Assembly (NCBI GenBank): GCA_965230295.1
Contig: OZ246001.1
Location: 2,272,001 to 2,336,000, forward strand
Reading direction: 5' to 3'
DNA: 64,000 nucleotides
DNA from: Marinicella sp.
GTDB taxonomy: Bacteria; Pseudomonadota; Gammaproteobacteria; Xanthomonadales; Marinicellaceae
Shown: in pieces, positions 28,710 to 39,400 of the stretch
Position numbering within the stretch: the stretch's first letter is position 1
Layout: the number at the start of each line of letters is the position of its first letter
The notes under the pieces: model-generated
Told to the model about the DNA's origin: nothing
Databases searched by the model: none
The model's input: only the letters and a program-made list of their open reading frames with translations
Program-made: the position numbers and the translations under genes

Positions 28710-30485
28710 TTGATGATTGGACACATTCAGGAGTTGATTGAAAACGCCTTGGAACATTTACAGGTAAAAGGTGAATTCAATTTAGACCAAACCCCAACAA
28801 TCAACATAGAACGAACCCGCAACAAAGACCATGGTGACTATGCATCCAACGTGGCTTTGACCTTGGCAAAACCGCTGAAATCCAACCCCCGTGCGATTGC
28901 CGAAAAAATCATCGCAGAAATGGCCGACTCAACCCATGTCAACAAAGTGGAAATAGCCGGACCTGGCTTCATCAACTTTTATTTGACTGACGCCTGTCGC
29001 TTGCAGGTTTTGAAAAGAATTTTAAAACTGAAACATGATTACGGCACCAGCCAATTGGGTGAAGACAAAAAAGTCACGGTGGAATTTGTTTCAGCCAATC
29101 CAACCGGACCCTTACATGTAGGACATGGTCGCGGTGCTGCCTTTGGCTCCAGTTTATCGAACATCTTGAAAAAAATGGGCCATGATGTCCATGCGGAATA
29201 CTACGTCAATGACCACGGTCGACAAATGGATATTTTGGCCACTTCGGTGTGGCTCCGTTATTTGGAGTTGTGTGGAGAGAGCATTGTGTTCCCGGCCAAT
29301 GGTTACAAAGGGGACTACATATTTGACATAGCCAGAAAAGTCAGACAGAAAAATGGTGATGATTACCGCCATGGTCAGATGGAGGTGTTTGCACAAGTCA
29401 GCCCCGATGAACCAGCAGGTGGCGACAAAGAACAACACATCGATGATTTGGTGATCAACGCCAAAGACATCTTAGGTGATGGTTACCAAAAGATTTTTAA
29501 AATTGCCTTGAAAAGTATCTTGGCCGGCATTGAAGATGATCTGGAAGACTTCAATGTGTTTTATGATGAATGGTTTTCTGAAAAATCATTGCATGAAAGT
29601 GACACCATTGACCGGGCTTTGGGTAAATTGAAAGAAGGCGGTCATCTGTATAAGAAAGAAGGGGCCTTGTGGTTCAATGCCACCCACTTTGGCGATGAGA
29701 AAGATCGGGTGGTGATGCGTGAGAATGGCTTGAAGACTTATTTTGCATCGGATGTGGCTTACTTGTTGAATAAGTTTGAACGCGGCTTTGAAAAATTGAT
29801 CTACGTGTTTGGTGCCGATCACCATGGATACATCCCTCGATTGAAAGCGGCCACCAAGGCTTTGGGTTTCGATGCCGAACAAATTGAAATTCTGTTGGTG
29901 CAATTTGCCCACTTGTATAAGCACGGGGAGAAACTGCCCATGTCAACCCGCTCAGGACAATTTGTGACCTTGAGCGAATTGGTTTCAGAAGTGGGTTGTG
30001 ATGCCTCTAGGTTCTTTTATGTGATGCGTTCGCATGACCAACATTTGGATTTCGATATGGATTTGGCCAAATCACAATCCAATGACAACCCGGTTTATTA
30101 CATTCAATACGCGCATGCCAGAATCTGCAGTATTTTACGGAAATTAGAAGAACAAAACATGACCCACAACATCGAAATCGGACATGTGTCAGTGGAATTG
30201 TTGGTCGAAGAACAGGAGTTGGATTTGATCAAGGCCTTGAGCCAATACCCCGAAGTGGTGGCCAAAGCAGCAGCCAACTATTCGGTACACTCCGTGGCCA
30301 ACTATTTACGCGATTTAGCGCAATTGTTTCACAGTTATTACAACGCCCATCAGGTGCAAATTGATAACGAAAATTTACGCAATGCACGGTTAAACTTGTG
30401 TTTGGCAACGCGTTATGTGTTGGCAGATGGTCTGGCTTTGTTGGGCTCGTCAGCACCCAAGGAAATGCGTTCAGAGGACAGATAA
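28710..30485 (+). CDS. argS: Arginine--tRNA ligase
   Basis: HGDYASN, AGPGFINF, SANPTGPLHVGHGR, GADHHGY, MSTRSG, YIQYAHARI. Confidence 0.97.
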   Translation: MMIGHIQELIENALEHLQVKGEFNLDQTPTINIERTRNKDHGDYASNVALTLAKPLKSNPRAIAEKIIAEMADSTHVNKVEIAGPGFINFYLTDACRLQVLKRILKLKHDYGTSQLGEDKKVTVEFVSANPTGPLHVGHGRGAAFGSSLSNILKKMGHDVHAEYYVNDHGRQMDILATSVWLRYLELCGESIVFPANGYKGDYIFDIARKVRQKNGDDYRHGQMEVFAQVSPDEPAGGDKEQHIDDLVINAKDILGDGYQKIFKIALKSILAGIEDDLEDFNVFYDEWFSEKSLHESDTIDRALGKLKEGGHLYKKEGALWFNATHFGDEKDRVVMRENGLKTYFASDVAYLLNKFERGFEKLIYVFGADHHGYIPRLKAATKALGFDAEQIEILLVQFAHLYKHGEKLPMSTRSGQFVTLSELVSEVGCDASRFFYVMRSHDQHLDFDMDLAKSQSNDNPVYYIQYAHARICSILRKLEEQNMTHNIEIGHVSVELLVEEQELDLIKALSQYPEVVAKAAANYSVHSVANYLRDLAQLFHSYYNAHQVQIDNENLRNARLNLCLATRYVLADGLALLGSSAPKEMRSEDR

Positions 30486-30489
30486 GAAT

Positions 30490-31068
30490 ATGGCCAAGAA
30501 GAAAGCGGTGCGCAAAACCACCAAACGAAAAACCACCCGCAAAGCCGGTCAAAAACGACCCGTACCAGGCTGGATCATCCTGCTCAGCGGTGTACTTTCA
30601 GGTTTACTGTTGGCGGTGTTTATTTACATCAAAGGTTGGGTCCCAGAGCCCATTCAGCAGAACCAACCGATACCCGGTGTGGCCAAGGAAGTGGTTGAGC
30701 CTGTTGAAGATGTCAGTAAAGACCTCAGTAAACAAAAACCTGATTATGATTTTTATTCAGTATTGCCTGAAATGGAAGTGGTGATCCCCAAAGAAGAACT
30801 GGAACAACAAGCGGCCAGAGACAGTAAGGAGTATACTTACATTTTACAAATTGCATCCTTTAAAAACCGGCCTGATGCGGAAGAGTTGAAAGCCAAAATT
30901 GCTTTTTCAGGTCAAATAGCTTTCATCCAATCAATTGATGTGAATGGCACCGAATGGCACCGGGTGCGCGTAGGTCCCTTTGATTCCAGCCGTGAAGCGG
31001 ACAAACAAAAAAGACAACTAGAACAAGGAGGTCACAAAGCTTTGGTTTTGAAAGAAACCAAATCATAA
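30490..31068 (+). CDS. SPOR-domain cell division protein (FtsN-like)
   Basis: Basic N-terminus, TM, YDFYSVLPE, LQIASF..HRVRVGPF; argS-SPOR synteny. Confidence 0.85.
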   Translation: MAKKKAVRKTTKRKTTRKAGQKRPVPGWIILLSGVLSGLLLAVFIYIKGWVPEPIQQNQPIPGVAKEVVEPVEDVSKDLSKQKPDYDFYSVLPEMEVVIPKEELEQQAARDSKEYTYILQIASFKNRPDAEELKAKIAFSGQIAFIQSIDVNGTEWHRVRVGPFDSSREADKQKRQLEQGGHKALVLKETKS

Positions 31069-31107
31069 AGACAACGGCCATCTGATGGCCAACAAAAGGT
31101 ACAGAAC

Positions 31108-34100
31108 ATGAAAACATTGCTGACATTGCTATTGACCATCGGCATGGCTCAGGCCCAAATGAAAGGGGATACTTATTATTTGCCGGCGGTGGATGTTGGA
31201 CTTGAAAAAGAAGTGGCCGCCGAGCGTGCTCAAGGACAACCGCTAAAATATGCTTTGGGCACACCCATTGAAGTGATCCATCATTCAAAGCATGAAGTCG
31301 GTTCTGCAGGTCAATGGACTCAAATGTTTGATGGCAGTTGGGAGTTCCGGATCAGGTTATCAGCCGAAAATGCCACCAGTATAAATGTAGGGATGGTGGA
31401 CTTTTTCTTGCCACATTCAGCAGAACTTTGGGTCTATAGTGATGATGAAAGCATCATGCGAGGTCCATACAATGACACTTATAACCAATCACACGGGTTT
31501 TTCTGGATTGGAGATGTGCCTGGTGATCATGTCAATCTAAAGCTCACTGTCAATAACCGCGAAAAGCAGTACCTTTCTTTCCAGGTGAACAACATCACCA
31601 GAGGTTTTTATAAGTATTGGGAAGAGCCATCATACTTGGCAAAAAGTGGCAGTTGTAACGTTGACGTGGCTTGTCCGGAGGCAGATGGGTGGGATGATCC
31701 AATTAATTCTGTTGGGCAGTATTCATTCAGTACTTCTGAAGGCGGTTTTGTTTGTACCGGACAGCTGATCAACAACACGGCACAGGATGGCACACCTTAC
31801 TTTTTAACCGCTGACCATTGTGGATATTCCAATGAATCTACTCAGGAGCCATTGACTGTCAGGCAGAACGTGGCGGCATCGATTTCGTTGACATGGAATT
31901 ATCAGTCACTGACTTGTCGTGCACCTGGATCAGCATCCAGTGGAAACCAAATTTCACGCAGTGGTTTCAATGACCGACAATCAGGTACCACCTATTTGGC
32001 ATCCAATCCTGACAGTGATTTTACCTTGCTTGAATTAAACCAGACACCTCCTGATCATTATGGTGTGGTGTATACAGGGTGGGACCGATCAGCTGGCATT
32101 CCGTCAGGTGTTGTATCAATCCATCACCCAGCAGGGCATGCCAAGCGCATCAGCATCGAAAATGATCCGCTGACCATCACAGGGCGTGGCAGTGTCTTCC
32201 CTGGCAATCAAGGCTATTTCAGGATTGGAGACTGGGATGTGGGAACCACTGAGGGCGGTTCTTCAGGAGGCGGTTTGTGGAATTCTGACCAGTTACTGGT
32301 TGGACAGCTTTTTGGAGGGTTGGCTGCTTGTGGGAATGATGAAGCTGATTGGTATGGGCGTTTTCACACTTCCTGGGATAATGGCAGCGATGCCCAATCC
32401 CGATTAAGTGATTGGTTGGATCCGCAGAACACGGGCCAAATAACGTTAGGCAGTTCAGAAGGCTGTGAGGCACCGACTGTGTCTATCGTCAACAATTCCA
32501 GCAACCAAGTGGGGGACAATTTGACCTTCACAGCCCAAGCCAGTGGCGGTGCCGGTAATTACACCTTTATTTGGGACATCGATGGAGATGGCGTGGCTGA
32601 TGACAGTGGCAGCAGCATCCAAGCGAACTACAACCAATCATACGTGGGTAACATCAATGTTACAGTTACTGATGCAGATAATTGTCAAGGCAGAGGATCA
32701 CAAGCGGTGGTGATAGAAGCTGCCAATATTCAGTTGGAGGAAGTGGTTAACATCCGTGAAAATCTGGATCAAATCTGTGGCAATAACGACAACGTGATTG
32801 ATCCGGGTGAGCGCTGGACCACTTTGCTACAAGCGCGGAATACTGGCGGAGTCACTGGCACGGATGCTTATTTAGCCATGGGAAAAAGTCGCCAAGCTGA
32901 TATTGAAGGGATCAATGACAGTTTTGGCAATGTGGCCACCAGTTGTAACCGACTGTTCATTGACATCTCCAGCACTGGGACCATGATGCCTTGGGAGTCA
33001 GCCAATGTTGGCAACACCAATGCAGAAGATGAAGGTTCGGTTTTGATTCAATTGGCAAATCCGTTCCAACATTATGGTGAAACGGTCACTCAGGTCCGGG
33101 CCTCGACCAATGGTTTCATCAGCACTTCATCGAATGCCACGGGTGGCGATTGGGACAACGACTGTCCATTGCCCCAAACACCAGACAAAGACAATGAAGG
33201 AGCCAGAATTGCAGTGATGCATGATGACTTGAGAGATGCCACTTTTTACCACCAGTCTTTCAACAGCTGTCCAAGGCCATCTGATACCGGTGGTGATTTG
33301 GCTTGTGAAGTGTTTATGTGGCAGTCAGCTGATTTGTGGGACACCATGTCGACGGTTGAAAATTATGATATACAGGCCATTTTGTATCCGGCCACTTCAC
33401 AATGGGTTTATCAATATGGTGGTTCTGGTTTTAATGGATCTGGGGCCAGCGTAGGTATGCAAAATGAAGCGGCGACCGATGGTTTGAATTATGCCTGTAA
33501 CAGCAGCAATGGCATCAACACCACCGAAGCTGTCTGTTTATTTAACAGGGATCATAAACCTTCATCTGATGGTGCGCCTTTTGTCATGTTAGAAAGCCCA
33601 GTGATCAGTATAGGTGACATGGATGTGAATGAAGCCCAAAGTGGATCACTTGACTTTGCCATTGCAGAAGACGCCACCTGTGGCACCCAATTTGCGATTG
33701 ATCACCAGGCTTCTGTTTTCGATGAAGGATTCAATACAGGTCAAAACAATGTGTTCAATGCTGAAGTGGGGAACAATGGACAATGTCGAGTTGTTACCAA
33801 CTGCGGGGTGGGCAGCAGCACCAGTTTCTCCAGCAATGACATACAAGTCAGACCTGGTTTGTGGTGGAACCCAAGCCGCAATGGCAATGGCTTTGATTGG
33901 TACAATATAAACCAAAGAAGTTTGGTTTATAATTTTTATACTGGAGAAAAAACAGGCGAACCTGTTTGGTACTTGGCCAATGATACAGACTCAAAACACA
34001 ACCAATATTACAACAATATTTTCAGGTTTGAAGCCCCAGGAGGTTTTGGTAATGGTGAATTAAGTCCGGATAATGTTGGCTGGTCGAACACCACTTTTAT

Positions 34101-34548
34101 TGATGATTCCAATGCCATCCAAGTGAGAACCATCAAAGGTGATCTCAGTGCTGAGAAATTGTATTTTCTGCAATATGGTGCCAATGAAACCCCCAATTAT
34201 CACACTGGCTTATATTTCACACCCAGTGAAAATGGCTGGGGACATTCGGTAGGTACATTAGGTAATTCCCGTGTGGTGGTCACTTACCTGTACAGGGACG
34301 ATGGTCAACCTTATTGGACGATTGCCAGTGGGCCCAATAACTCATCGTTGTTTGATGTGTATTATTTCAATACATTTTGCCCAAGTTGTCCAGCAACCAA
34401 CACACCTGGAGAGGTGGTTGGCAGTCTCAGCCTGAACCTAAACAACGGAACTGATGGGACATTGACCCAGTTCAATGTGGTGCATGACATGATTAATTGG
34501 ACACGCAGTAATTTACCCGTGGTGAATTTACTCTCACCGCAGAATTAA
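31108..34548 (+). CDS. Secreted lysyl-endopeptidase-like trypsin (S1) protease with PKD-like and C-terminal GxWxxP repeat domains
   Basis: SGSCNVDVAC, CTGQLINN, FLTADHC (His), SDFTLLEL (Asp), TEGGSSGG (Ser); YTFIWDIDGDG; GLWWNPSRNGNG and GLYFTPSENGWG. Confidence 0.88.
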   Translation: MKTLLTLLLTIGMAQAQMKGDTYYLPAVDVGLEKEVAAERAQGQPLKYALGTPIEVIHHSKHEVGSAGQWTQMFDGSWEFRIRLSAENATSINVGMVDFFLPHSAELWVYSDDESIMRGPYNDTYNQSHGFFWIGDVPGDHVNLKLTVNNREKQYLSFQVNNITRGFYKYWEEPSYLAKSGSCNVDVACPEADGWDDPINSVGQYSFSTSEGGFVCTGQLINNTAQDGTPYFLTADHCGYSNESTQEPLTVRQNVAASISLTWNYQSLTCRAPGSASSGNQISRSGFNDRQSGTTYLASNPDSDFTLLELNQTPPDHYGVVYTGWDRSAGIPSGVVSIHHPAGHAKRISIENDPLTITGRGSVFPGNQGYFRIGDWDVGTTEGGSSGGGLWNSDQLLVGQLFGGLAACGNDEADWYGRFHTSWDNGSDAQSRLSDWLDPQNTGQITLGSSEGCEAPTVSIVNNSSNQVGDNLTFTAQASGGAGNYTFIWDIDGDGVADDSGSSIQANYNQSYVGNINVTVTDADNCQGRGSQAVVIEAANIQLEEVVNIRENLDQICGNNDNVIDPGERWTTLLQARNTGGVTGTDAYLAMGKSRQADIEGINDSFGNVATSCNRLFIDISSTGTMMPWESANVGNTNAEDEGSVLIQLANPFQHYGETVTQVRASTNGFISTSSNATGGDWDNDCPLPQTPDKDNEGARIAVMHDDLRDATFYHQSFNSCPRPSDTGGDLACEVFMWQSADLWDTMSTVENYDIQAILYPATSQWVYQYGGSGFNGSGASVGMQNEAATDGLNYACNSSNGINTTEAVCLFNRDHKPSSDGAPFVMLESPVISIGDMDVNEAQSGSLDFAIAEDATCGTQFAIDHQASVFDEGFNTGQNNVFNAEVGNNGQCRVVTNCGVGSSTSFSSNDIQVRPGLWWNPSRNGNGFDWYNINQRSLVYNFYTGEKTGEPVWYLANDTDSKHNQYYNNIFRFEAPGGFGNGELSPDNVGWSNTTFIDDSNAIQVRTIKGDLSAEKLYFLQYGANETPNYHTGLYFTPSENGWGHSVGTLGNSRVVVTYLYRDDGQPYWTIASGPNNSSLFDVYYFNTFCPSCPATNTPGEVVGSLSLNLNNGTDGTLTQFNVVHDMINWTRSNLPVVNLLSPQN

Positions 34549-34603
34549 AACTTACAACAAATAAGCCAACTGGTATAACACGTTGGCTCAAAGTGACCAC
34601 ATA

Positions 34604-34863
34604 TGGCTTCGACTCCGCTCAGCCAACGGTCAAGGAAGTCATGTTCTTCAATTTTCCGTTCACAATTTTAAGAGCTGTGCTTTATGAGCCCAGCTGATGT
34701 CGACTGAAGTCGACACTGCAGAATCGGTTATTGGCGCGTTGACTTCAGTCAACATTGCATCCCGGCATCGTTTTGTATTTGGAAATAAGTGCCACTGACC
34801 GCGTACTGAGCGCAGTTGATGTGCAGACCAATCAATAAAACCGGTTTCGACTTCGTTCAGCCA
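34604..34863. repeat. Cluster of REP-like palindromes (two families)
   Basis: TGGCTTCGACTCCGCTCAGCCA (34604), its variant at 34843 and a degenerate inverse at 34802; GACTGAAGTC/GACTTCAGTC doublet at 34698-34754. Confidence 0.7.
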
Positions 34864-34868
34864 AAGAA

Positions 34869-35756
34869 TCAATCAATTGGTTTTTTATAGGGTTTGGAAC
34901 CATCCGCCTGGATGCTGAACCGCTTGTAAGTCCATTGGTATTGGCAGGGGTTGATGTTGACCATTTCCTCAATCACCTGGTTCATGGTGGCAACTGATTC
35001 ATCTAAATTCAAATAAATGGAGTTTGGAGCCAATTTGAAATGTAAGTCGAAACCTTGTCCTTCAGGTAACCGCTCAGCGACAGCAAACACAACAGGGACC
35101 CGGGTTTTGATGGCCACTTTGCTGAATAAAGTCATGGTGTAGGCATCCTGTCGCATGAATGGTGCATACACACCTTGCCCGCTTTTCGGTTGTTGATCAG
35201 GTAATATGGCCAGGATGTGTTTCTGTTTCAATACCTTAAATACCTGGCGAACACCTTTGGCATCAGCCGTGATTTGGTTGGCGCCACCGGAGCCACGGTA
35301 TTTAAGTAATAACTGCTCTATTTTAGGATCTGTGGGGGGTTTGTAAAGGAAAGAAAACCCAGGATGTTTTGACAACCAAAGGTTCAAAACCTCCCAGTTT
35401 CCAAAGTGAGGTGCGGCCAACAACAACCCGGATTTTTTTTTCAGTGCATCTTCGAAAACTTCAAGACCATGGATGTTCTGTATGATGGCATCAATGTCAT
35501 TGCTGTATTTTTTCCAAACCAGGCCCAGCTCAAACATGGATTTGACGGTCTCGACCAAACTGTCTTTGGCCAGTTGTTGTTGTTCAGGTTCATCCAAATT
35601 CGGGTAACACAGTTGGATGTTGGTGGTGGTGATGCGCCGTTGCTTTTCTGACCAGCGCCACACCAGGCGGGCCATGAATGCAGCCCAATTGTGGGATGTC
35701 TTTAATGACAACCAGTTACTGATGTGAACAATAAATTGGAATAAGAAGGCTCGCAT
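34869..35756 (-). CDS. Lipid A lauroyl/lysophospholipid acyltransferase (LpxL/HtrB family)
   Basis: PHFGNWE, ILPDQ, QYQWTYKRF. Confidence 0.88.
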   Translation of the reverse strand: MRAFLFQFIVHISNWLSLKTSHNWAAFMARLVWRWSEKQRRITTTNIQLCYPNLDEPEQQQLAKDSLVETVKSMFELGLVWKKYSNDIDAIIQNIHGLEVFEDALKKKSGLLLAAPHFGNWEVLNLWLSKHPGFSFLYKPPTDPKIEQLLLKYRGSGGANQITADAKGVRQVFKVLKQKHILAILPDQQPKSGQGVYAPFMRQDAYTMTLFSKVAIKTRVPVVFAVAERLPEGQGFDLHFKLAPNSIYLNLDESVATMNQVIEEMVNINPCQYQWTYKRFSIQADGSKPYKKPID

Positions 35757-35821
35757 CAGCGTATTTTATAGGAAAAAGTTTACAGTTGAAGATTAATGTC
35801 ATGATCAATGGTTTTACAGAC

Positions 35822-35855
35822 AAAAAAAACCGCCATTCAATGAAGAACAGCGGTT
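35822..35855 (-). terminator. Rho-independent terminator of the sRNA
   Basis: AACCGCTGTTC-loop-GAATGGCGGTTTTTTTT. Confidence 0.85.
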
Positions 35856-36035
35856 AATTCACGGGGACTCCAAACACAAAATCCCCTCATCCTTTATTCC
35901 CGAGTTTGGTACTTCATGTACCTGATCATCACTCCTTGTCAACAACCATTGGAACCAGTTCCCTGATTCCTCCTTCGTGTGCCTCATTGGCAGGTAAGTC
36001 ATGATGTCAAGTCCTTGGTGACTTACTTAATCCCT
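35822..36035 (-). ncRNA. CsrB/RsmY-like CsrA-sequestering sRNA (5' end approximate)
   Basis: 10 GGA motifs in about 170 nt on the minus strand, several in hairpin loops; terminator at the 3' end; GacA/UvrY-like box upstream. Confidence 0.72.
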
Positions 36036-36090
36036 GGAAGTATTGTGTTCTATTGGGATGCTGAAATCTGTCCATAGATTCTGAAAGCTT

Positions 36091-36108
36091 TGTAAGAAAA
36101 TGACTACA
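36091..36108. promoter_or_regulatory. GacA/UvrY-like upstream activating sequence
   Basis: TGTAAG-AAAATG-ACTACA vs consensus TGTAAG-N6-CTTACA. Confidence 0.6.
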
Positions 36109-36151
36109 AGTACTTTTCGTAGTTGATTGAGTTTTTTTGCAAGTATTAAAA

Positions 36152-36207
36152 CGGTGACTGAAGTCAACGCTCCGAGGAAATTGTCGGTATGCCGACTTCA
36201 GCCGACA
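36152..36207. repeat. REP doublet (GACTTCAGTC core)
   Basis: Same core and orientation as 34698-34754. Confidence 0.6.
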
Positions 36208-36292
36208 TCAGATGAGCGTATAGCTCGGTTCATCAATGACTGGCGATCAGGCAAGCATGCAATGGGGATCATTCAATTTGAGTTGATGCCGA

Positions 36293-36520
36293 TCAGGACT
36301 CGGCGCTGCCTGATGATTGATTGTCAGACGATTTTGATTTGTTTTTAAAATCCGTTTCATACCAGCCAGTGCCTTTCAAACGAAAACCGGCGGCCGATAC
36401 TTTTTTCACCAAGCTGGCTGTGTCACAGCTGGGACAATCAGTCAAAGCAGCATCTGACATTTTCTGAAGTTTTTCTAATTCATGACCGCAATCTTGGCAT
36501 TGGTATTCATAAATTGGCAT
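36293..36520 (-). CDS. FmdB-family zinc-ribbon protein
   Basis: MPIYEYQCQDCG..CPSC..FRLKGTGWYETDF. Confidence 0.93.
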   Translation of the reverse strand: MPIYEYQCQDCGHELEKLQKMSDAALTDCPSCDTASLVKKVSAAGFRLKGTGWYETDFKNKSKSSDNQSSGSAES

Positions 36521-36540
36521 GGTTCAATCCTGTACTGGTA

Positions 36541-36578
36541 AAAAGAAATCACAGGGTGATGGTTTGTTCACCCTGTGA
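36541..36578 (-). terminator. Terminator after clpB
   Basis: TCACAGGGTGA/TCACCCTGTGA stem followed by TTTCTTTT on the minus strand. Confidence 0.75.
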
Positions 36579-36589
36579 GGTTGCGTCCC

Positions 36590-39172
36590 TTAGTGGGGTT
36601 GCTTGGCGGTAAATTCAAGTTGTTGGTCCACTAAATTCACATCGATGATACTGCCAGGTGGAAATTCGCCGGACAACAGGTGTGATGCCAGCGGATTCTC
36701 CAACTCATCTTGGATGGCCCGTTTCAATGGTCTGGCGCCATAAACCGGATCAAAACCAACACTGCCCAAGAAGTTCAAAGCCTCATCACTGATTTGTAAA
36801 TGCAAATCGCGAGTGGCTAAACGTTTGGTGACTTTGTTGATCTGGATCTTGGCAATCAAACGAATGTGTTCCTGTTTCAAGGGATGGAACACCACGATGT
36901 CATCCACGCGGTTGATGAATTCAGGCCTGAAATGTGAACCCACCACGGTCATCACCGAATCTTTGATTTCTTTGTAAGGGTCATTGATCTTACTTTGAAT
37001 GATGTCAGAGCCCAGATTTGAAGTCATGATGATCACGGTGTTTTTGAAATCAACTGTGCGACCTTGACCATCGGTTAGGCGACCGTCATCCAACACCTGT
37101 AACAACACATTGAACACATCTGGGTGGGCTTTTTCCACTTCATCCAACAAGATCAATGAATAGGGCTTGCGTCTGACAGCTTCAGTCAAGTATCCACCTT
37201 GGTCATAGCCCACATAGCCTGGGGGCGCGCCAATCAAGCGTGCCACCGAATGTTTTTCCATAAACTCGGACATGTCCAGACGAATGATCGAATCTTCGGT
37301 ATCAAACATAAACTCTGCCAAAGCTTTACACAATTCAGTTTTACCCACACCTGTGGGACCTAAAAACATGAATGATCCAATGGGTCTGTTCGGGTCGGCC
37401 AATCCAGAACGTGAGCGTCTGATGGCATCTGATACTGATTTCACAGCTTCTTCCTGCCCGATCAAACGCTTGTGGATCGCTGTTTCCATCTGCAACAATT
37501 TTTCTTTTTCACCTTCCATCATTTTGGTCACAGGAATGCCAGTCCACATCGAAACGATTTCTGCAATTTCAGCTTCAGTGACTTTGTTGCGCAGTAACTT
37601 GAATTGGCTCATATCAACTTCAGTGGCTTGGGCAATTTGTTTTTCCAGTTCAGGAATTTTCCCGTATTGCAGCTCTGACATCTTGGCCAGGTCACCAGAT
37701 CGCTTGGCCACTTCAAAGGCCGCCTTGGCATCTTCCAGTTCTTCTTTCAGGTGAGTGGTGCCTTGAACTGCCGCCTTCTCACTGTTCCAGATTTCCTCAA
37801 GATCAGAGTATTCACGTTCCAGTGTTTCAATGTTGCTTTCTAACTCAGCCTGGCGTTTTTTCGAGGCTTTGTCTTTTTCCCGCAACAAAGATTCACGTTC
37901 CATTTTCAGTTGGATCAGCTTGCGATCGAGCTTGTCCATTTTGTCTGGCTTGGAATCAATTTCCATGCGGATGCGGCTGGCGGCTTCATCCATTAAGTCG
38001 ATGGCTTTATCTGGCAAATTTCTGTCAGTGATGTATCGGTGTGACAAGGTGGCTGCTGCAATGATGGCAGGATCGGTGATTTCCACCGCATGATGCACTT
38101 CATAGCGTTCGTTCAGGCCGCGCAATATCGCAATGGTGTCTTCCACAGATGGCTCTTCAACCAGCACTTTCTGGAAGCGCCGTTCCAAAGCTTTGTCTTT
38201 TTCAATGTGTTGGCGGTATTCATCCAGGGTGGTGGCACCAATACAATGCAGTTCGCCACGGGCCAAGGCAGGTTTGAGCATGTTGCCGGCATCCATGGCA
38301 CCTTCGGCCGCACCGGCCCCTACCATGGTGTGAAGTTCATCAATGAATAAGATCACTTGCCCTTCTTGTTTACTCAAATCATTGAGTAATGATTTGAGCC
38401 GTTCTTCAAATTCGCCACGGTACTTAGCACCAGCAATCAAAGCACCCAAATCCAAGGACAACAGTCGTTTGCCCTTGACACCTTCTGGTACTTCATTGTT
38501 GACAATGCGTTGGGCCAATCCTTCCACAATGGCGGTCTTACCCACGCCAGGCTCACCAATAATCACAGGATTGTTCTTGGTGCGACGTTGTAAGATTTGA
38601 ATGGTACGCCTGATCTCAGCATCGCGGCCAATGATCGGATCCATTTTAGATTGTTCAGCCCGGGCGGTTAAATCGATGGTGTATTTTTCCAAAGCCTGAC
38701 GATTTTCTTCAGCGCCTTGGTCATCCACACTGCTGCCACCACGGATTTCATCGATGGTTTGTTCGATCGAATCACGCTGCGCCCCAGCCTTTTTCAGTAA
38801 CTGGGCTGTGGTGTCGTTCGAATCCAACAAGGCCAAAGCGAACAATTCGCTTGCAATGTATTGGTCTTCTCGTTGTTGTGCCAATTTATCGGCCAGGTTC
38901 AAAACTTTGACCAAGTTGTTTGACAAGTTAACTTGACCGGTGTTGTTGCCAATCACCGGCATCATTTCGATGGTTTCATCGATGCTTTTTCGCAGCAAGT
39001 TGATGTTCACACCAGATTTCATCAACACATGTTTCATCGATGAATTTTCCTGGTTCAATAAAGCCGACAATACATGGGCCGACTCAATCACGTTGTGATC
39101 TTTACCCACGGCGATAGACTGTGCTTCGTTCAGTGCTTGCTGGAAATTGGTGGTTAATTTATTAAAGTTCAT
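36590..39172 (-). CDS. clpB: ATP-dependent chaperone ClpB
   Basis: Two AAA+ modules ([16 protein letters not shown]), coiled-coil middle domain, [12 protein letters not shown]. Confidence 0.98.
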   Translation of the reverse strand: MNFNKLTTNFQQALNEAQSIAVGKDHNVIESAHVLSALLNQENSSMKHVLMKSGVNINLLRKSIDETIEMMPVIGNNTGQVNLSNNLVKVLNLADKLAQQREDQYIASELFALALLDSNDTTAQLLKKAGAQRDSIEQTIDEIRGGSSVDDQGAEENRQALEKYTIDLTARAEQSKMDPIIGRDAEIRRTIQILQRRTKNNPVIIGEPGVGKTAIVEGLAQRIVNNEVPEGVKGKRLLSLDLGALIAGAKYRGEFEERLKSLLNDLSKQEGQVILFIDELHTMVGAGAAEGAMDAGNMLKPALARGELHCIGATTLDEYRQHIEKDKALERRFQKVLVEEPSVEDTIAILRGLNERYEVHHAVEITDPAIIAAATLSHRYITDRNLPDKAIDLMDEAASRIRMEIDSKPDKMDKLDRKLIQLKMERESLLREKDKASKKRQAELESNIETLEREYSDLEEIWNSEKAAVQGTTHLKEELEDAKAAFEVAKRSGDLAKMSELQYGKIPELEKQIAQATEVDMSQFKLLRNKVTEAEIAEIVSMWTGIPVTKMMEGEKEKLLQMETAIHKRLIGQEEAVKSVSDAIRRSRSGLADPNRPIGSFMFLGPTGVGKTELCKALAEFMFDTEDSIIRLDMSEFMEKHSVARLIGAPPGYVGYDQGGYLTEAVRRKPYSLILLDEVEKAHPDVFNVLLQVLDDGRLTDGQGRTVDFKNTVIIMTSNLGSDIIQSKINDPYKEIKDSVMTVVGSHFRPEFINRVDDIVVFHPLKQEHIRLIAKIQINKVTKRLATRDLHLQISDEALNFLGSVGFDPVYGARPLKRAIQDELENPLASHLLSGEFPPGSIIDVNLVDQQLEFTAKQPH

Positions 39173-39202
39173 AATTTCCAATTATATTTTTAGATTGGCA
39201 TT

Positions 39203-39230
39203 TAAATGGGGGTCGTTCTGTATTTTTCAA
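39203..39230 (-). promoter_or_regulatory. Sigma-32 heat-shock promoter
   Basis: TTGAAA-N13-CCCCATTTA upstream of clpB. Confidence 0.85.
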
Positions 39231-39400
39231 ATCTGCTTATTTGTTTCCTTGAAACATGAAATCAGTGTATTTTGATGACCAGATAAATATTAATCATTTT
39301 TTAACAGTTCTGTTTTTCTGCAAAAAACGTTGCGTTCCTGTCTTGTGGTGATAATTTGCACATCCTATAATTATCTTAATCAAGAAAACACAACCAATTC

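Noticed and set aside
28432-28726. Small ORFs or an RyhB-like sRNA in the feoA-argS gap
   Set aside because: No RBS or motif support and no terminator; the Fur box is explained by feoAB
36182-36207. TGTCGG...CCGACA as a regulator site for the sRNA
   Set aside because: Better explained as a degenerate REP of the 34698 family
37272-38936. Antisense ORFs over clpB (and similar ones over feoB, iorB, ABC ATPase and arg genes)
   Set aside because: Shadow frames of conserved genes with no independent motifs
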